Source: Azolla caroliniana
Taxonomy: Eukaryota > Plantae > Polypodiophyta
Reading direction: 5' to 3'
Assembly (NCBI GenBank): GCA_043228905.1
Contig: JBHGNT010000018.1
Span: 17,546,001-17,610,000 of the forward strand
Length of the DNA: 64,000 bases
Shown piece by piece: positions 37,772-51,400 of this stretch. Under the pieces are notes generated by a model that had not been told where the DNA came from, did not search any database, and saw nothing but the letters and a program-made list of their open reading frames with translations. The position numbers were made by a program, and so were the translations under genes. The first letter of the stretch is position 1, and each line of letters starts with the position of its first letter.

Positions 37772-39320
37772 AAAATTTCGTGAATGAAAGGTGACAGGGT
37801 GTAGTTGTCCATCATCTCCAGTCTACGAGAGGACACTTCCTAGTGCAAAATCGGATGCATCGGCTTCGAGGATGAAGCGTTTTGTTGGGTCGACATGTGC
37901 TCGTTTTAAGCTTTCGAATGCCTCGGTTGCATCTGAACTCCATATAAATGGTTGATCTTTATGTGTGAGTTGAGTAAGCGGAAGCACAACCTTGGAATAA
38001 TCTTTAATAAATTTTCGATAAAAATTTGCAAACCTGAGAAAACATTGCACATCACGCACTGAAAGGGGTGTTTGCCACTCTAAAATTTCTTGTACCTTCA
38101 TGGGGTCCATAGCAATACCATCCAATGATACAACATACCCCAAAAATTCCACTTGATTCTGGCCGAAACTACACTTTTCTAATTTTGTGTAGAGACCATA
38201 TTCTTGGAGTCGACACAGTACCTGACGAACATGTTCTTCATGCTCCTCTTGGGTCTTCGAGTAGATTAAAATATCATCTAGGTAAACTATAGTGAAGATA
38301 TAAGGAAAATCTCAAAAAATATCATTCACCATATGTTGGAAAACAACAGGTGCATTCGTGAGATCGAATGGCATCACAGTATACTCAAAATATCCAGAGC
38401 GAGTGCGAAAAGCTGTCTTCCATTCATCCCCCGCATATGCTCTGCGAAGGTCTAACTTCGTGAAATATTTTGCACCAATGAGACATTCCAAAAGATTCGG
38501 GATTAATGGTAGAGCATACCTATTCCGGATAGTCACTTTGTTTAGCCCTCGATAATCCACGACCAACCGAAGAGTCCCATTCTTCTTCTTAACGAAGAAG
38601 ATAGGTGCACCAGCAAGGGATCTAGAATGCCGAATGAATCCGTTTGCCAGACTCTCATCAATATATTCCCACAAAGTCTCTAGCTCTATAGGGGAGAGAT
38701 TATAAATTGGGCCCCATGGAGGTTCTTTCCCTGGTTGTAAGTTAATAGGGCAGTCATATGGCCAATGCTCCGGCAATGTATTGGCCTTCACCTTATCAAA
38801 GACATCTAAAAACTCCTTGTATTTCTCTGGTAGTTTAATGTCCACTTCACGTGAAGTGGATGATGGAGTTGCTACTATTGCGAAGACGAACATGGCCTCG
38901 TTCCCCCCTTCCTCCCGCAATTGTCGTAAAGAGATGGTCGATAACTCCGGGGATCTATTATCACATGTAGGCAAGAGGGATGTGGGGTTTGTGCTTTTTT
39001 CCCGGGTCTCCTCAATTGTTCTTTTCATCCAATCAATCTTCGGGTTATGGAGTTCAAACCAAGGGAGACCTAGAACTATTGGGTTTTCCAGACTATGAAT
39101 AATGTTGAAAGAGATTATGCTTGCCAAATCGCCAAGAACTATCCTAATTGGCTCGGACTCCTCGACTATATCTCTTGATGCTATGGGACGTCCATCAATG
39201 ACTCCTACGGCTACTGGGCTGGGAAGCTTATTCAAGAGGATGTTTTATGATGAGGCAAATTCACGATCCATGAAACAAGAGTTGGCTCCAGAATCTAGGA
39301 GGGTAGATGCTAGGACTCGA
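37772..39320 (-). mobile_element. Ty3/gypsy (chromovirus/Tcn1-like) pol fragment: protease, RT, RNase H
   Basis: [42 protein letters not shown] (~38275) and LEADASDFALG, with stops and deletions. Confidence 0.9.
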
Positions 39321-39722
39321 TGACATGTAGATGTGGTAAGCTCGACTTGTGCTGAAAAAACTACCAATACCAACACACTACAATCACAAAGCAAGAGAAA
39401 GGGTGAGTACATGGGCAAATCAAATATGATCCTTGAAAATTTGATAGTGCAATATCTTAAGTTTGTACATGTAAACAAAATTTAAATTACTATTCTTTTG
39501 TTTGCTTTAACCAAGTATTAATCTCACATCAATTCTTGCTCTCACATAGAATGAACGAACAAATTGGGTGTATTGAGTCTCACTCATTTTAACACATCTC
39601 ATTTTATGACAAAACATTTTAATGAAAGAATGGCCATCCATTGTCACTACAACAACAATTTAATATTGACTATTTAGTTTTTAATCATATTTGTATCTTG
39701 CACAACGAATATCCTTCACAGA

Positions 39723-40137
39723 TAGGAGTCGGCAATGACTTGGTTCAAGCCTAAACTGAGCTGTTAAAACCATTTTCGAAGGTTTTGCGGGTTTGATGGC
39801 TTGGTTTGGATTGGTTCAAGCCTAAGCCGAGCCGTTAAAATCGTTTTTGAAGGGTTTGGGGGTTTGATGGTTTGGTTCGGCATGGTTAGGCTTGGTTCAG
39901 TCTAAACAAAGCTGTTAAAACTGTTTTTGAAGGGTTGGGGGGTTTTGTTCAGTTTGGTTTAGGCTTACGTTTTGTAAACCAATTTGAGCTTGGTTTGGCA
40001 AGGTTCAAGCCAAACCAAATTGGATTGGACCAAGTCAGTTATGGCTAAACAGTTTGTCCACACGATTTCCTAAATCAGTGTGCTTCAAGTTTGATGCCAA
40101 ACTAGTTAAGCCTAAACTGAATTGATGTTGATTCTTA
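39723..40137. mobile_element. hAT MITE, older copy, near-TSD TTCACAGA/TTCATAGA
   Basis: TAGGAGTCGGCAATG...GTTGATTCTTA termini match the 25481 family. 8-bp TSD with one mismatch. Confidence 0.75.
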
Positions 40138-43100
40138 TTCATAGATCAGAAATGCCCCTAAACAACCATTGCTATTCATTTTGAAATACATAACAATATT
40201 TGCATAGGTTCAATTGAAGATAATTTTGGTATTGACCTTTTCAAGTAAAGCGTTTTTCCTAACATTGCCAAAAAATATATGCACAAATGTGAAGTTCTAG
40301 TGCCCAAGAAATTCAACAAATGAGAGTAAGTACATTTTTATGTCCTAGCTTCATGAAGGTTCGTTACGGATCATAAAAAAATGACTAGGTATTTTCTTTA
40401 CATTGTTTTCCTTGTCCTCAATTTGTGGAACTACATACTCACACGCTCAAATCTATGATTGAAAAGGGCAAACATTTAAAAAACGGTCCATTCATTCCAA
40501 AAGGTACATATTGCAACCACTAATTGACCAAACAATCAAGTCAAAAGTATGTCTCCAATCATCTTGGCAATTTGTCATGTACTAGAAAACAGATATCGGT
40601 AAAGAATAGGGATCATTTGAAACACAAAAAGGGAGATGTAAAAGGAATATAAGGTTTTTCATCAAAATCAATATGATTTTTTCTTTCATGGCAAGATCTA
40701 ATGGCAAAAAACAAACGACCACCTCTCCTTCCACATAAGATCCAAATGGTAAATTGATTTAACTTCTCACGCTTTTCCCCAATTCATTCAACCAATTCAA
40801 TGTATAATCTTTCATACGATCTACCTATCGAGACAATATCATCATGTTTCCAAGGTTGGTTACATAATCCTCCCACATATTACTAAATTTGTTTCTATAG
40901 TTTCCCCAATTTATTCAACATATTCAAAGCATAATGTTCCATACCATGTACTTAACTATGACAAATATCATCATGGTATTAGTGAAGTCACAAGCAAATT
41001 CATTTTGGTATGTTTTCATGACACTAACCATATATCCCTATGTGATGCTCTAATTAAGACTTGTTCAAAAACATTATACTTTTTCAATTTGTGTCAAGTT
41101 CATAATTAGATGTGGACTCTACCCTGATATTGATGACCCTTATAAGCATGGGTGCCAATTTGTCTCTAAATTTGTTGGCTCTTCCCACTAATTAAGATTG
41201 TTACCTTCGTTTAACCATGCTCCCACTCGCACTTAAATCAAGACTCATCAACTTCATTGAAAAGACTCAATCCATGTTTAATTGGATTAATTGCAAGTGT
41301 GCAACATTTCACATAGTGTTCAAAATACATTATCTATTCTCATGATTTGTTGTATGTATGTATGTAGATATGTTAGGGTTTATATAGAATGTGTTATCTC
41401 CCTCTATTGTGTGTGAGACTAATAATATCTTTGGCATTTTCAACATGCTCATCTTGCCTACTCCAATACATGAAAGAGAGGGAGTACAAGATTGTTTTAA
41501 TTCACAATAGCACTTTACCACTTATATAAGGCAAAATTATATTGTGAAAATTGTTCAAGAAAATCAACAAAATACACTACAAAATTTTTATTGTGTGTTG
41601 CTATTGTATCTATTTACTCAAGAGCTTTACTCAAAGACTTGTGTATTACATTTCCATTATTACACTTCTATGGCTTTTGTCAATAAACCCAAAACCCTTA
41701 GTTCTTGGTCGTGTTGTAAGTTGTAACCGTCTTAAGTAGGCCATGTTTGGCTTTACTAAACCATTGTAACCGTTTTATGTAAACCATTACTAAACCATGA
41801 CTAATGTTATCTTACCAAGAACTAACCATGGGTTAACTTGTTTTCATTTATTGGAGAGAGAGAGAAAGAGACAACATAAGAAGGTTTTTTTTATTCATTT
41901 CTCTTCTCCTTCGTAAGTTCTCTCTCTATCTCTCTCTCTAGTGTGAACAAATCCATGAACCTAATCCTAGCCCTAACTCTATGGGTAGCCAAAACTCTTA
42001 ACCGTAAACCTAACCCTAGCTCTAGCACTAACCCAAAAAACTAAGCCATGGTGGACATGTCAAACGCATACTCTCAAGTTTCAACAAGTGGGCAATCATC
42101 ACCATATATATTATGGACCTATCACTTTTCAAGAAAAAAGACAAGGCTCAAAGTCCCACATCTATACTATTGACTAAGAAGGTCAAATACTTTAAAAAGA
42201 ATACGGTTAAAAAAACCATTTATTTATCTAAAAAGCATTACAACCACAAAGTACCTAAAAGTATTCTTTCAATGAGGGGTCAAACCCGAAGGTGAGAGTA
42301 GTGACATTAGCGGTCAAGTAGTTAAGAGTAGATGGTTATTTGAGAGTAGCTTGTGTGTCTAAATTTAATACACGAATACAAAGTTTATAATTATGTACTC
42401 CAACCCCATACATATATATATATATCTTACATCAATTCTCACTATCATCTTCAATAAATGAACAAATCGAGTAGCATTGAACCTCACTTATTTTTGAACA
42501 CATATTTCCTCTTTTTCTCAATGATTTTGTGGACAAACAGTTTAATCAAAGAATGTCAATCCAGTCAGTGGCACTACAAATTGGCAACACTTACAGTATG
42601 TACTGATTGTTGAGTTTTAAATCTAATCGCTTATCTTATGCAACAAATATTATCCTTCACAAGGAAAGCTCCTTTGAAAGGCTTATTCACCTCTCTTTAT
42701 GGACAAAAAAAATAAAAACAGACTTGTTCACCTCACACACCTTCCACATTTGTATTTAAAAGGGGGACAAAAAAAACACATGATCCAAATCAAGGCAATA
42801 ATACATATATATGATCAAAACATGATCCAAATTTCCTGGTATTCCAATTAAGATCCCAGATATGGAAAATATATGAATAACTAAATAAAATCAAATATTA
42901 TACAACTAAAAACGAAAAAAATTTGAAACAAATTTCATCAGGAAACGAGCCAGTAACCATATAAACCCTAAAAGGAAACGCTAAATCTGGCCTAACCTGT
43001 CTTGAGTGACTCGAGCGGTGAAACTGAAACGAAAACCTTAATCTCTACTGCCCTAGGAAACCCTAAATCTGGCCTTAACCTGTCCTGACAGACCCGAACC

Positions 43101-43608
43101 ATGAAAATAAAACGAAAACCCTAATTTCATACTGGCTTAGGACGCCCTGAATCTGGCCCTGAACTGTCCTGACCGACCCAGGCGGGCGATGAAAAACAAA
43201 ACGAAAACCCTAAAGAAAACCAATAACATAGCTATGTGATCCTGAGAAAGCAGATAATCGATGGGAAATGTTACTCACAAATCAAGACATTCCAAGGAGT
43301 GTACCAATTAAATGAACATAGAAGAAATGGTGCCAATATAGTATGACACAATCTCAATTTAATCAAGCCTCAACATCAGTTGCTTCACTTAACTCAATTT
43401 AATAACATGTTCGAATACATTAAACGCCAATTAATAACTAATGGAAGGTGTTATTTGGGGGGAAGGGGGGGGGGAATTAAAATTTTAAAAATCGCTTATA
43501 CAAACACCAAAAAAATTTAAGAAATTAGAGCGATCATACCGCTCCTATTAACTGATCAAACTTCACTCAAGAAATCCCATCTTCTGATGGAAAAACCTTT
43601 TCCACCTC

Positions 43609-43899
43609 CTAAATAATCGGGCGATCCACGACAATGATGTTACCATTGGCGTGGAGGTGGACGACAAACATATTGGCGCGGATGTGAGTGACATGTAGGC
43701 GGGAGCCATTGCATAAGATGTAGAGCTCTTCGCCAGGCCTTGGGGGCTTGAAATTCTTACTGGATTTGGGATGGATGTCCATGTCCATGTCCATGTCCAT
43801 GTCCATGTTGGCATTAATCTGCAGGTTACTGCGGTTCATCATCTCTACCTTGCAAAGGCTTTGGGTTGTATTGTGAATAGTGATGGTGGCCATGGTCAT
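43609..43899 (-). CDS. Unknown beta-rich microprotein, paralogue 2 (~96 aa from MTMATITIHN)
   Basis: Intact ORF homologous to 31001-31276, with an in-frame (MD)n expansion. TATAAAT on the minus strand at ~43972-43978. Confidence 0.62.
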   Translation of the reverse strand: MTMATITIHNTTQSLCKVEMMNRSNLQINANMDMDMDMDMDIHPKSSKNFKPPRPGEELYILCNGSRLHVTHIRANMFVVHLHANGNIIVVDRPII

Positions 43900-44639
43900 G
43901 GTTTTGCAAGGGAAATTGAATGGAAGGCAGTGGAGGGGTTTGTATAATGCCATGGTCATTTACGTACATAATTTATATGCATTAGACAGTGAAGAAGAAG
44001 AAGGAATCGTTTCTTTAATGTCATAGTCATTTTTTTGCTTGCGAAACAAATTCATTTTCTTCGGAAGCAAAAAAACAAAAACCAAATGTTTTTTTGTCCC
44101 TTAACCGGAATCATTTATAGAGATAATGCAAAGAAAGACACATATATATATATATATGCAGTTTGCAAATATGTTTTGAATAAGCAATAAATATGATATA
44201 TTGTGTGGTCGTGGTTGTCATATTATTGTAACGGTTGTTGTACAGAGAGAGCCACAAGAGGTGCTCTAATTGTCTTATTATTGTACTTCAGAAATAAATA
44301 AATAAAAACAATCTCTATTATTTTGGTATCTCTAATTTATTTGGCTCCACTCGTGGTGGATTGTTTAATTTAATTGTTTTAATTTTTAAAATGAAAGGCT
44401 ACTTTCCCATCACGAAGGTTTGACTTGTGTAAATAAAGGAAGCACCCACGAAACTTATCAAATAACACCCTGATAATAATCCTAGTCAAATTTGAGAAAT
44501 ATGTGTGTGTGTGTGTATCATGTGTTTCTTCTTATGTTACTCATGTCAAACGAAGATACAGTAAAAAGGACCGACTCAAAACATAGAAGAATTGGAGCCG
44601 CCGCGGCGATCGACAAATAAATTTTCCTTCAAAAAATTT

Positions 44640-46290
44640 GCCCTTCAAAAAGTAAATACATCAACCATGTCTTTGCTTTACTATCCCTAATCACATCATC
44701 CTCTGCGTAATGGCATGGGCTGAGTAATTTTGCTGCATTGAAGAGGCTTTAGCTTAAATCAGGGAACCTTGCATTTAGTCCATCAATAATCTTTTGCACA
44801 TAATTTTGAGATAGTTTAATACAACTTTCAAGTGATCCGTCTATAAATGGTGTCATTCCCTTAGATTTTTCAATATTGAGATTCTTATCATTGTGACTTG
44901 CTTTATCCATAGGAATTTGTTTGAAGTATAGGTCATGTCTATATGTAATGCCATCTTTATCCTTTATTTCCAAAAACCCAACTTTAGAACATCTTAAGAA
45001 TTTGGATAAATACATTCCTCCATGTCATTTCTCAAGAAAAAACCTCCACAAATTAGAAATAGTAATATCAATTTCTACACCAATTGAAGTTACATCCAAA
45101 TTCTCTTTTTGAAGTTTCAAGCTCAAAATATTCATCAAATGCAACACATCAACCATCATACAAAAGCAAAATTGTACACTATAGATACAAGCTTTATTAT
45201 ACCATTCTTTTAAGCTCTCTTTCTTCCAAGTAGTAAGTATTCAAGCATTATAGTCACTAGTCTTTCCATGACTTGACCACATGACAACCAACGAATATTA
45301 TGAATTTGTAAGGATCTATGAGCATCCAATTGCATTTGCTCCAAGAGCTCTAAAATTTCATGTGTTTGGTACTATTGTTAGCCCATGCATATACCTTATT
45401 TGCAATTTTTTCTACAAGAATGAGCTCACGGATATCTCTATGTACATCTAAAATAACCAATGCTTCTCTATGAGCAATACAATGTACACCAACCAAATTT
45501 GGGTTATCATTTTTCATTAATGTTACTGTTCCAATTTCACTACCAACGCACCATAAGTGGCTAATCTAATCAACTTGTTCATGTTGATGCATCGATCGCC
45601 TAATATGTTTAATACACGTTCATATATAGTTCTACCTTTACCATTAGGAATTTTCAACAAACCCATATATTCAATTTTCTTAGGCCCACAACCACCACAT
45701 TGCAAGTATGTAATATATACAAGGGAAAAGTACCAGGATACCCCTGGAAGTTCGTCTATTTACCATAATGCCCTTGGAAGTTCCAAATTTACCAAACTAC
45801 CCCTCTGTCCAAAAAGTTACACTTTATAAAGTAATTATACACTCAAATCTTTGATACATAGGACTAGTTCGGATCCATTTCTTCCATCTTTAGTAAATAG
45901 GGCTTGTAGATTTGAGTGTATAATTACTTTATAAAGTGTACTTTTTTGGACATAGGGGTAGTTTGGTAAATTTGGAACTTCCAGGGGCATTTTGGTAAAT
46001 AGACAAACTTCCAGGGGTATCCTGGTACTTTTCCCTATATACAATGAGGTGCAACTCTAATCCATTGTCAGTACTTTCATCTAGCATCAAAGAGTAGTAT
46101 GGGGAATTTATTAGGCTTGAGCTTTGAATTTCTAGAAGATATTTCCCAAAGGCAACCAAAAATTCAAATTCTCTATATCTACTAGTATAAGATATATAAT
46201 CATGTTGCTTAGGCATATTAGGCACCTCTAGTAGCATAGCCAAATCACATAATTCTTGAGAACCTCTGTTGCAGACATTTACTCTTGAGA
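44640..46290 (-). pseudogene. ZNF862-like hAT transposase relic (central and C-terminal part)
   Basis: YYSLMLDESTD, HCIAHREAL (~45465-45490) and IRWLS motifs, with stops. Split by a MITE and by a copia. Confidence 0.82.
45723..46035. mobile_element. Mutator-type MITE (313 bp), 9-bp TSD TATATACAA
   Basis: ~127-bp TIRs starting GGGAAAAGTACC. Perfect TSD at 45714-45722 and 46036-46044. Removing it rejoins the hAT frame (..LIVY|ITYL..). Confidence 0.92.
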
Positions 46291-48435
46291 AGAAAACCCT
46301 AACAGGTCGAAAACAGACACAGTAGAAGACATGGATAGAGGCATGGCTACGTCGCTCCCGGTGGAGAAGCTTGACAGGAGCAACTACGCATCCCGGTCTT
46401 ACAAGATGCACCAGTACCTGCTTGGACACGGGTACTGGAGTTATGTCGAAGGAGCGAATGATGCGGCGCCCGACTCGCTCGCCTCTATCAATGTTACCGT
46501 AGAGGAAGACGAGATGGTGCAGGTATGTCTCGGAGGCCTGGCGTCCAAGTTCGGAGCGTTCCGGACTGTGGTGTGTACAAGGGAGAATACCCCCTCATTC
46601 TTCGACTTACAGTTGATGCTCCTTGTAGAGGAGAACCACACCGGTGCATCTACCAATGCATCCCTGGATAGCCGAATGCTGTACACGGGAACGGATCGGC
46701 TCCATGGGCGTGGTGGAAGAGGTGGGTCGGCACACAATGGAGGCGGCCGGCAAGAGCAGGAACGGAGGCACTATGAGCGTGCCGACAGCAGTTCCGGGAC
46801 TTCCACAAGCAGGGGGAGTCAAGGTGGTGCCGGAGGCCGGCAAGACAAATCCGCTACGGAATGCTGGTACTGTGGCAAAAAAGGCCACAGGGAAAACGAG
46901 TGTTGGAGAAAGCGTGCCGATTAGGACAAATCCGGATCCGGCAAGACCGGTAAGGATGGCCGGCAAAACTCGCACTACACAAACGGATTAGGAGGATCCG
47001 GAACCGGAAAGGCCGGTAAGGGGCCAGCCTTGGTGATGAATCACAAGGCAAACTCAATGAAGAAGACCACTTCCAAAACGGAGGAAGTGTGGTATGTTGA
47101 TTCCGGCGCGTCGAACCACATGACGAGCCACAAAGAGTGGTTCTCCTTTCTGGAGAAACCGGATCAACCAGGAGTAGTCGAAACCGGAGACGACACTCCT
47201 CACCCAATCGTGCATGTCAGAGAAGTCCCTCTAAGCCACGTCGGACAGAAAGGGAAGCTGATGAACGTATTACACGTTCCGACAATCACGAAGAACTTGG
47301 TGTCCGTCGGTCAGATTGTCGACCAGGGGATGCAGGTGCGGTTTACACACCTCGGGTGCTTCATTGAGGATGAGGGTGAAGTCATTGCGCAAGGGCGCAG
47401 AGACGGGAGGATGTTTATCCTCAACACCAATGACTTTGGCACCGCTCTGTTCGCGAAACGACAGAAGGTCGAGTCGGACATCGACCTGTGGCACAAGCAG
47501 ATAGGCCACGTCAACTACCGGAGGCTTCAAGACCTGCAAACGAAACAAGTCGTTTTCGGTTTGCCGAAGTTCAGCGGCCAGAGAGCCAAAATTTGTGAAG
47601 TCTGCCAACTTGGGAAGCAACACCGGCTTCCATTCCCCACCGAACGGAACCGGAGCCGTAACAAGCTCGATCTCATCCATTCGAATGTGTGGGGACCGGC
47701 ACAAAGTGTAAGCCTTGACGGGAGCCGATACTTCGTCTCCTTCATCGACGACTATACTCGACATACTTGGATCTACCTCATTGAGCGGAAGAGCGAAGTC
47801 TTCGACTGTTTCCGGAGCCTCCAGAAGATGGTGGAACGGGAATCGGAGAGGAAGATCAAATGCCTTCGGTCGGATGGCGGAAAGGAATATTTTTCTGGCC
47901 AATTCACTAGTTATCTGCAGCAGAAGGGAATTTGGCGAGAGTTCAGCTGAAGATACACACTGGAGCAAAACGGTGTGGCCGAAAGGAAGAACTGGACACT
48001 CGTCGAAGCGGCAAGGGCAATGCTGGAGGAGAAGAGCATGCCCCGGTTCTACTGGGAGGAGGCGTTCTGGACGGCCGTCTACATTCAAAACCGCATTGGT
48101 GACAAGGTGTCAGCTCATGAGCTGTATTTCGGGCGCAAGCCGAACTTAAGACACCTTCGGATATTCGGCAACATAGCGTATGTGCATGTGCCAGATCAGA
48201 AGCGGAGAAAGCTAGATGCAAAATAGGAAAAATGCATCCTAGTCGGCTATGCTCAAGAGCAAAAGGGGTATAAGTGCTATAACCCCCGGACGAAGGAAGT
48301 CCGAGTTAGCCGGGATGTCGAGTTCGATGAATCGGCATCCTGGTACTCCGTACCGACTCCGACTTCCGATCCCGACCCAATGTCGGAAGATCAGGCCAGT
48401 GAGCCTGAATCAGCCCTGGCAGAGGATGATGAAGC

Positions 48436-51400
48436 TGTTGGGAGACAGGTCCCTCCGGATGGGAAGGGAGAAGAACAGTGCCGATGAACAAACTCGGCCG
48501 AGGCCGAAACCGGATGAGGAGTACCCGGCTACGGAGAGCCGGATGGTGCAGACCCGTTGTGAACCGGATGAGGAGTACCCTGCTACGGAGAGCCGGATGG
48601 TGCAGCCCCGGTGTGAACCGGATGAGGAGTACCCGGCTACGAAGAGCCGGATGGTGTAGGCTCGATGAGAACCGGATGAGGAGTACCCGGCTACGGAGAG
48701 CCAGATGGTGCAGGCCCGGTGAGAACCGGATAAGGAGTACCCGGCTACGGAGAGCCGGATGGTGCAGACCCGGTGAGAACCGAAGGAAGAGACATATTCG
48801 TAAATATGTTTCTGAGAGCCCATCGAGGCTATATTTGTAAATAGCCGAAAAGTCATATTAGTATAAATATGACTTAGGGAAAACTTTTTTGTGTTGTTGT
48901 TGTCATTTTCCTTTTTGCACGAGATTAGTGTGTGTAATTGTACAGAGAGAGAGAGAGAGAGAGAGAGAAAGAGGTCGTTGCCTCTGTTGTAACCGCCGCC
49001 TGTGGCGAAGATTTGTGAGCACGAGGTCGGTGCCTCAGTGAACTCATTGTTGTATATTCCTACATAGTGACAGTTTGCAACCTGTGGGCTGCCGTGGTTT
49101 TTCCTCTAGTTTGGGGTTTTCCACGTAAACCTCCTGTGTATTCTCTTCTTCTTCTTGTCGAGTTTTATTTCCCGTTTTCTGTGTATCATTCTAAGCTCGG
49201 TTGTGGCCGAGCATCGCGCATAAAGAACGTTGCGTTCTCGTCAAGTGGTATCAGAGCGAAATGACACAGAAAATGGACGAATCGTTTGGCGGCATGTTCA
49301 AGCTCACCGGCTCCAACTATTCAGTGTGGAAGTCGAAGATGAGGTACATGCTCGTGGTTAAAGACTTCTGGCTACCGGTTCAGTTCGGGGACAAGAGACC
49401 GGACAAGATCGACGCCACAATATGGGAGGTGATGCACATGAAGACAACGGCGTACATACGGTGCTTCATCGACATGAGCCTATACAACAACTTCAATGAA
49501 GAGAGCAAGGCTCATGAGCTCTGGGAGAAGATCGGCATAATGTTTCAAAACAAAAATGCTATCAATCAGGTGTCGGTATTCCGGAAGCTAGTAAGACTCC
49601 GGTACCAAGATGGCTCCAGCATGGCGGAGCACATGAATGCCTTCCAGGGGCTGATCCACCAGGCAACTTCATTGGAAGTACCTCTCGCTGATGAGGTACT
49701 AGCGCTACTCTTGCTCGGTTCCCTCCCGGATAGTTGGGAGACGTTGGTTGTCACTTTGGGCAACGCCGGGCCGGAAGGAAAACGGTTATCCCTAGCAAGA
49801 GTAAAGTCGAGCTGGCTAGATGAGGAGGCGCGTCGGAAAGATAAAGATACGAGCTCCGACTCCAAAGCACTACTTACCGAATCGGAACGCGGAAGACATA
49901 GAAACCGTAGTCCCCAGAACCGGGACAAGTCAGGGACACGGTCAAAGTCAAGGGGGAGGCCTACTTGTTTCTATTGCGGCAAGCCGGGACACTTCCAGAA
50001 GAACTGTCGGCACTTCCGTAAAGACAAGGAAACCAACGGTGCCGATTCGAAGTGGACCCCGGACCGGAACGGTAAAGACTGGAGGGGGCCGGACCGGAAG
50101 GGAACGACGGCAATCGCGGCAAGTGAAGAAGAGTTGATGCTCATCACTGAGGAGAGTGAGATAAACCTTGCCGGCGATGAGATGACCTGGGTGGTAGACT
50201 CCGGAGCGTCGTTCCACCTTACCCCGGACCGGAAATGCTTCTCATCCTACTCAGCCGGTGACCACTGCTGTGTTCGGATGGGGAATGAAGGTACATGCAG
50301 AATTGTCTGCATAGGAGACGTGTGGCTGTCAACACCAACCGGATGCAAGTTGCTGCTAAAGGATGTCGGACACGTTCCGGAGGTTCGTCTGAACCAGATA
50401 TCAGTCGGTCGGCTAGATGATGAAGGCTACACGGGTAGCATCCGGAACGGGGTCATGAAGTTCAGCAAAGGGAGCTTGATTGTGGCTCGGGCCCGGAAGG
50501 TCAACACGTTGTACCTGATGAATGCCAGGTTATGTCCGGAAGAAGTGAACGTGGCATTCGACACTGCCGATGAGCTGTGGCACAAGAGGTTGTGTCATAT
50601 GAGCGAGAAGGGGATGAAGAGGCTTGCAGACGACAACCTCATTCCAGTGAAGAACGTGCACTTACAGAAGTGCACTGATTGTCTGGCCGGTAAGCAGAAC
50701 CGAACCTCCTTCCGACCAAGGCCACCGATGAGACGTAATGCACAACTGGAGTTGGTGCATACGGATGTGTGTCAGGTAGACACGAAGTCACATGCCGGAG
50801 CGCAGTACTTCGTGACGTTCATAGATGACCACAACCGGAAGCTGTGGGCCACACCGTTGAAGACGAAGGATCAGGTGTTATCCGTCTTCAAAGAGCTCCA
50901 CGCGAGAGTGGAAAGAGAAACCAGCCGGAAGCTGAAGTCGGTTCGAGCAGATAACGGAGGAGAATACCGGGGGCAGTTCGAGGAGTACTACCGCTCGAAG
51001 GGAATCCGGCTCGAATTTACCATGCCGAAGACGCCGGAACTAAACGGGCTGGCCGAGAGGATGAGCCAGACCATAATGGGGAGGGTCTGGAGTATGCTAG
51101 CGCATGCAAAACTACCCAAGGAGTTTTGGGTTGAGGCACTGTCGACGGCGACATATGTGATAAACAGATCACCCTCAGTACCCTTGGACGGAGACACACC
51201 ACAGAGAGTATGGACCGGTCAGGAAGTATCCTACCGGCATCTGAAGGTGTTCGGGTGTCTCGCGTACGTGCATGTGGCTAAGGACCAGAGAGGAAAGCTA
51301 GATCCAAAGACCCGGCCATGCATATTCCTCGGTTACGGTGACGATGAGTTCGGCTACCGAGTGTGGGACCCGGTCGACAAGAAGGTATTCCGGAGTCGAG

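Noticed and set aside
48508-48785. 54-bp array as a CRISPR-like array or an 18-aa repeat protein
   Set aside because: The units are head-to-tail with no unique spacers, lie inside an LTR in a eukaryotic context, and some frames contain stops.
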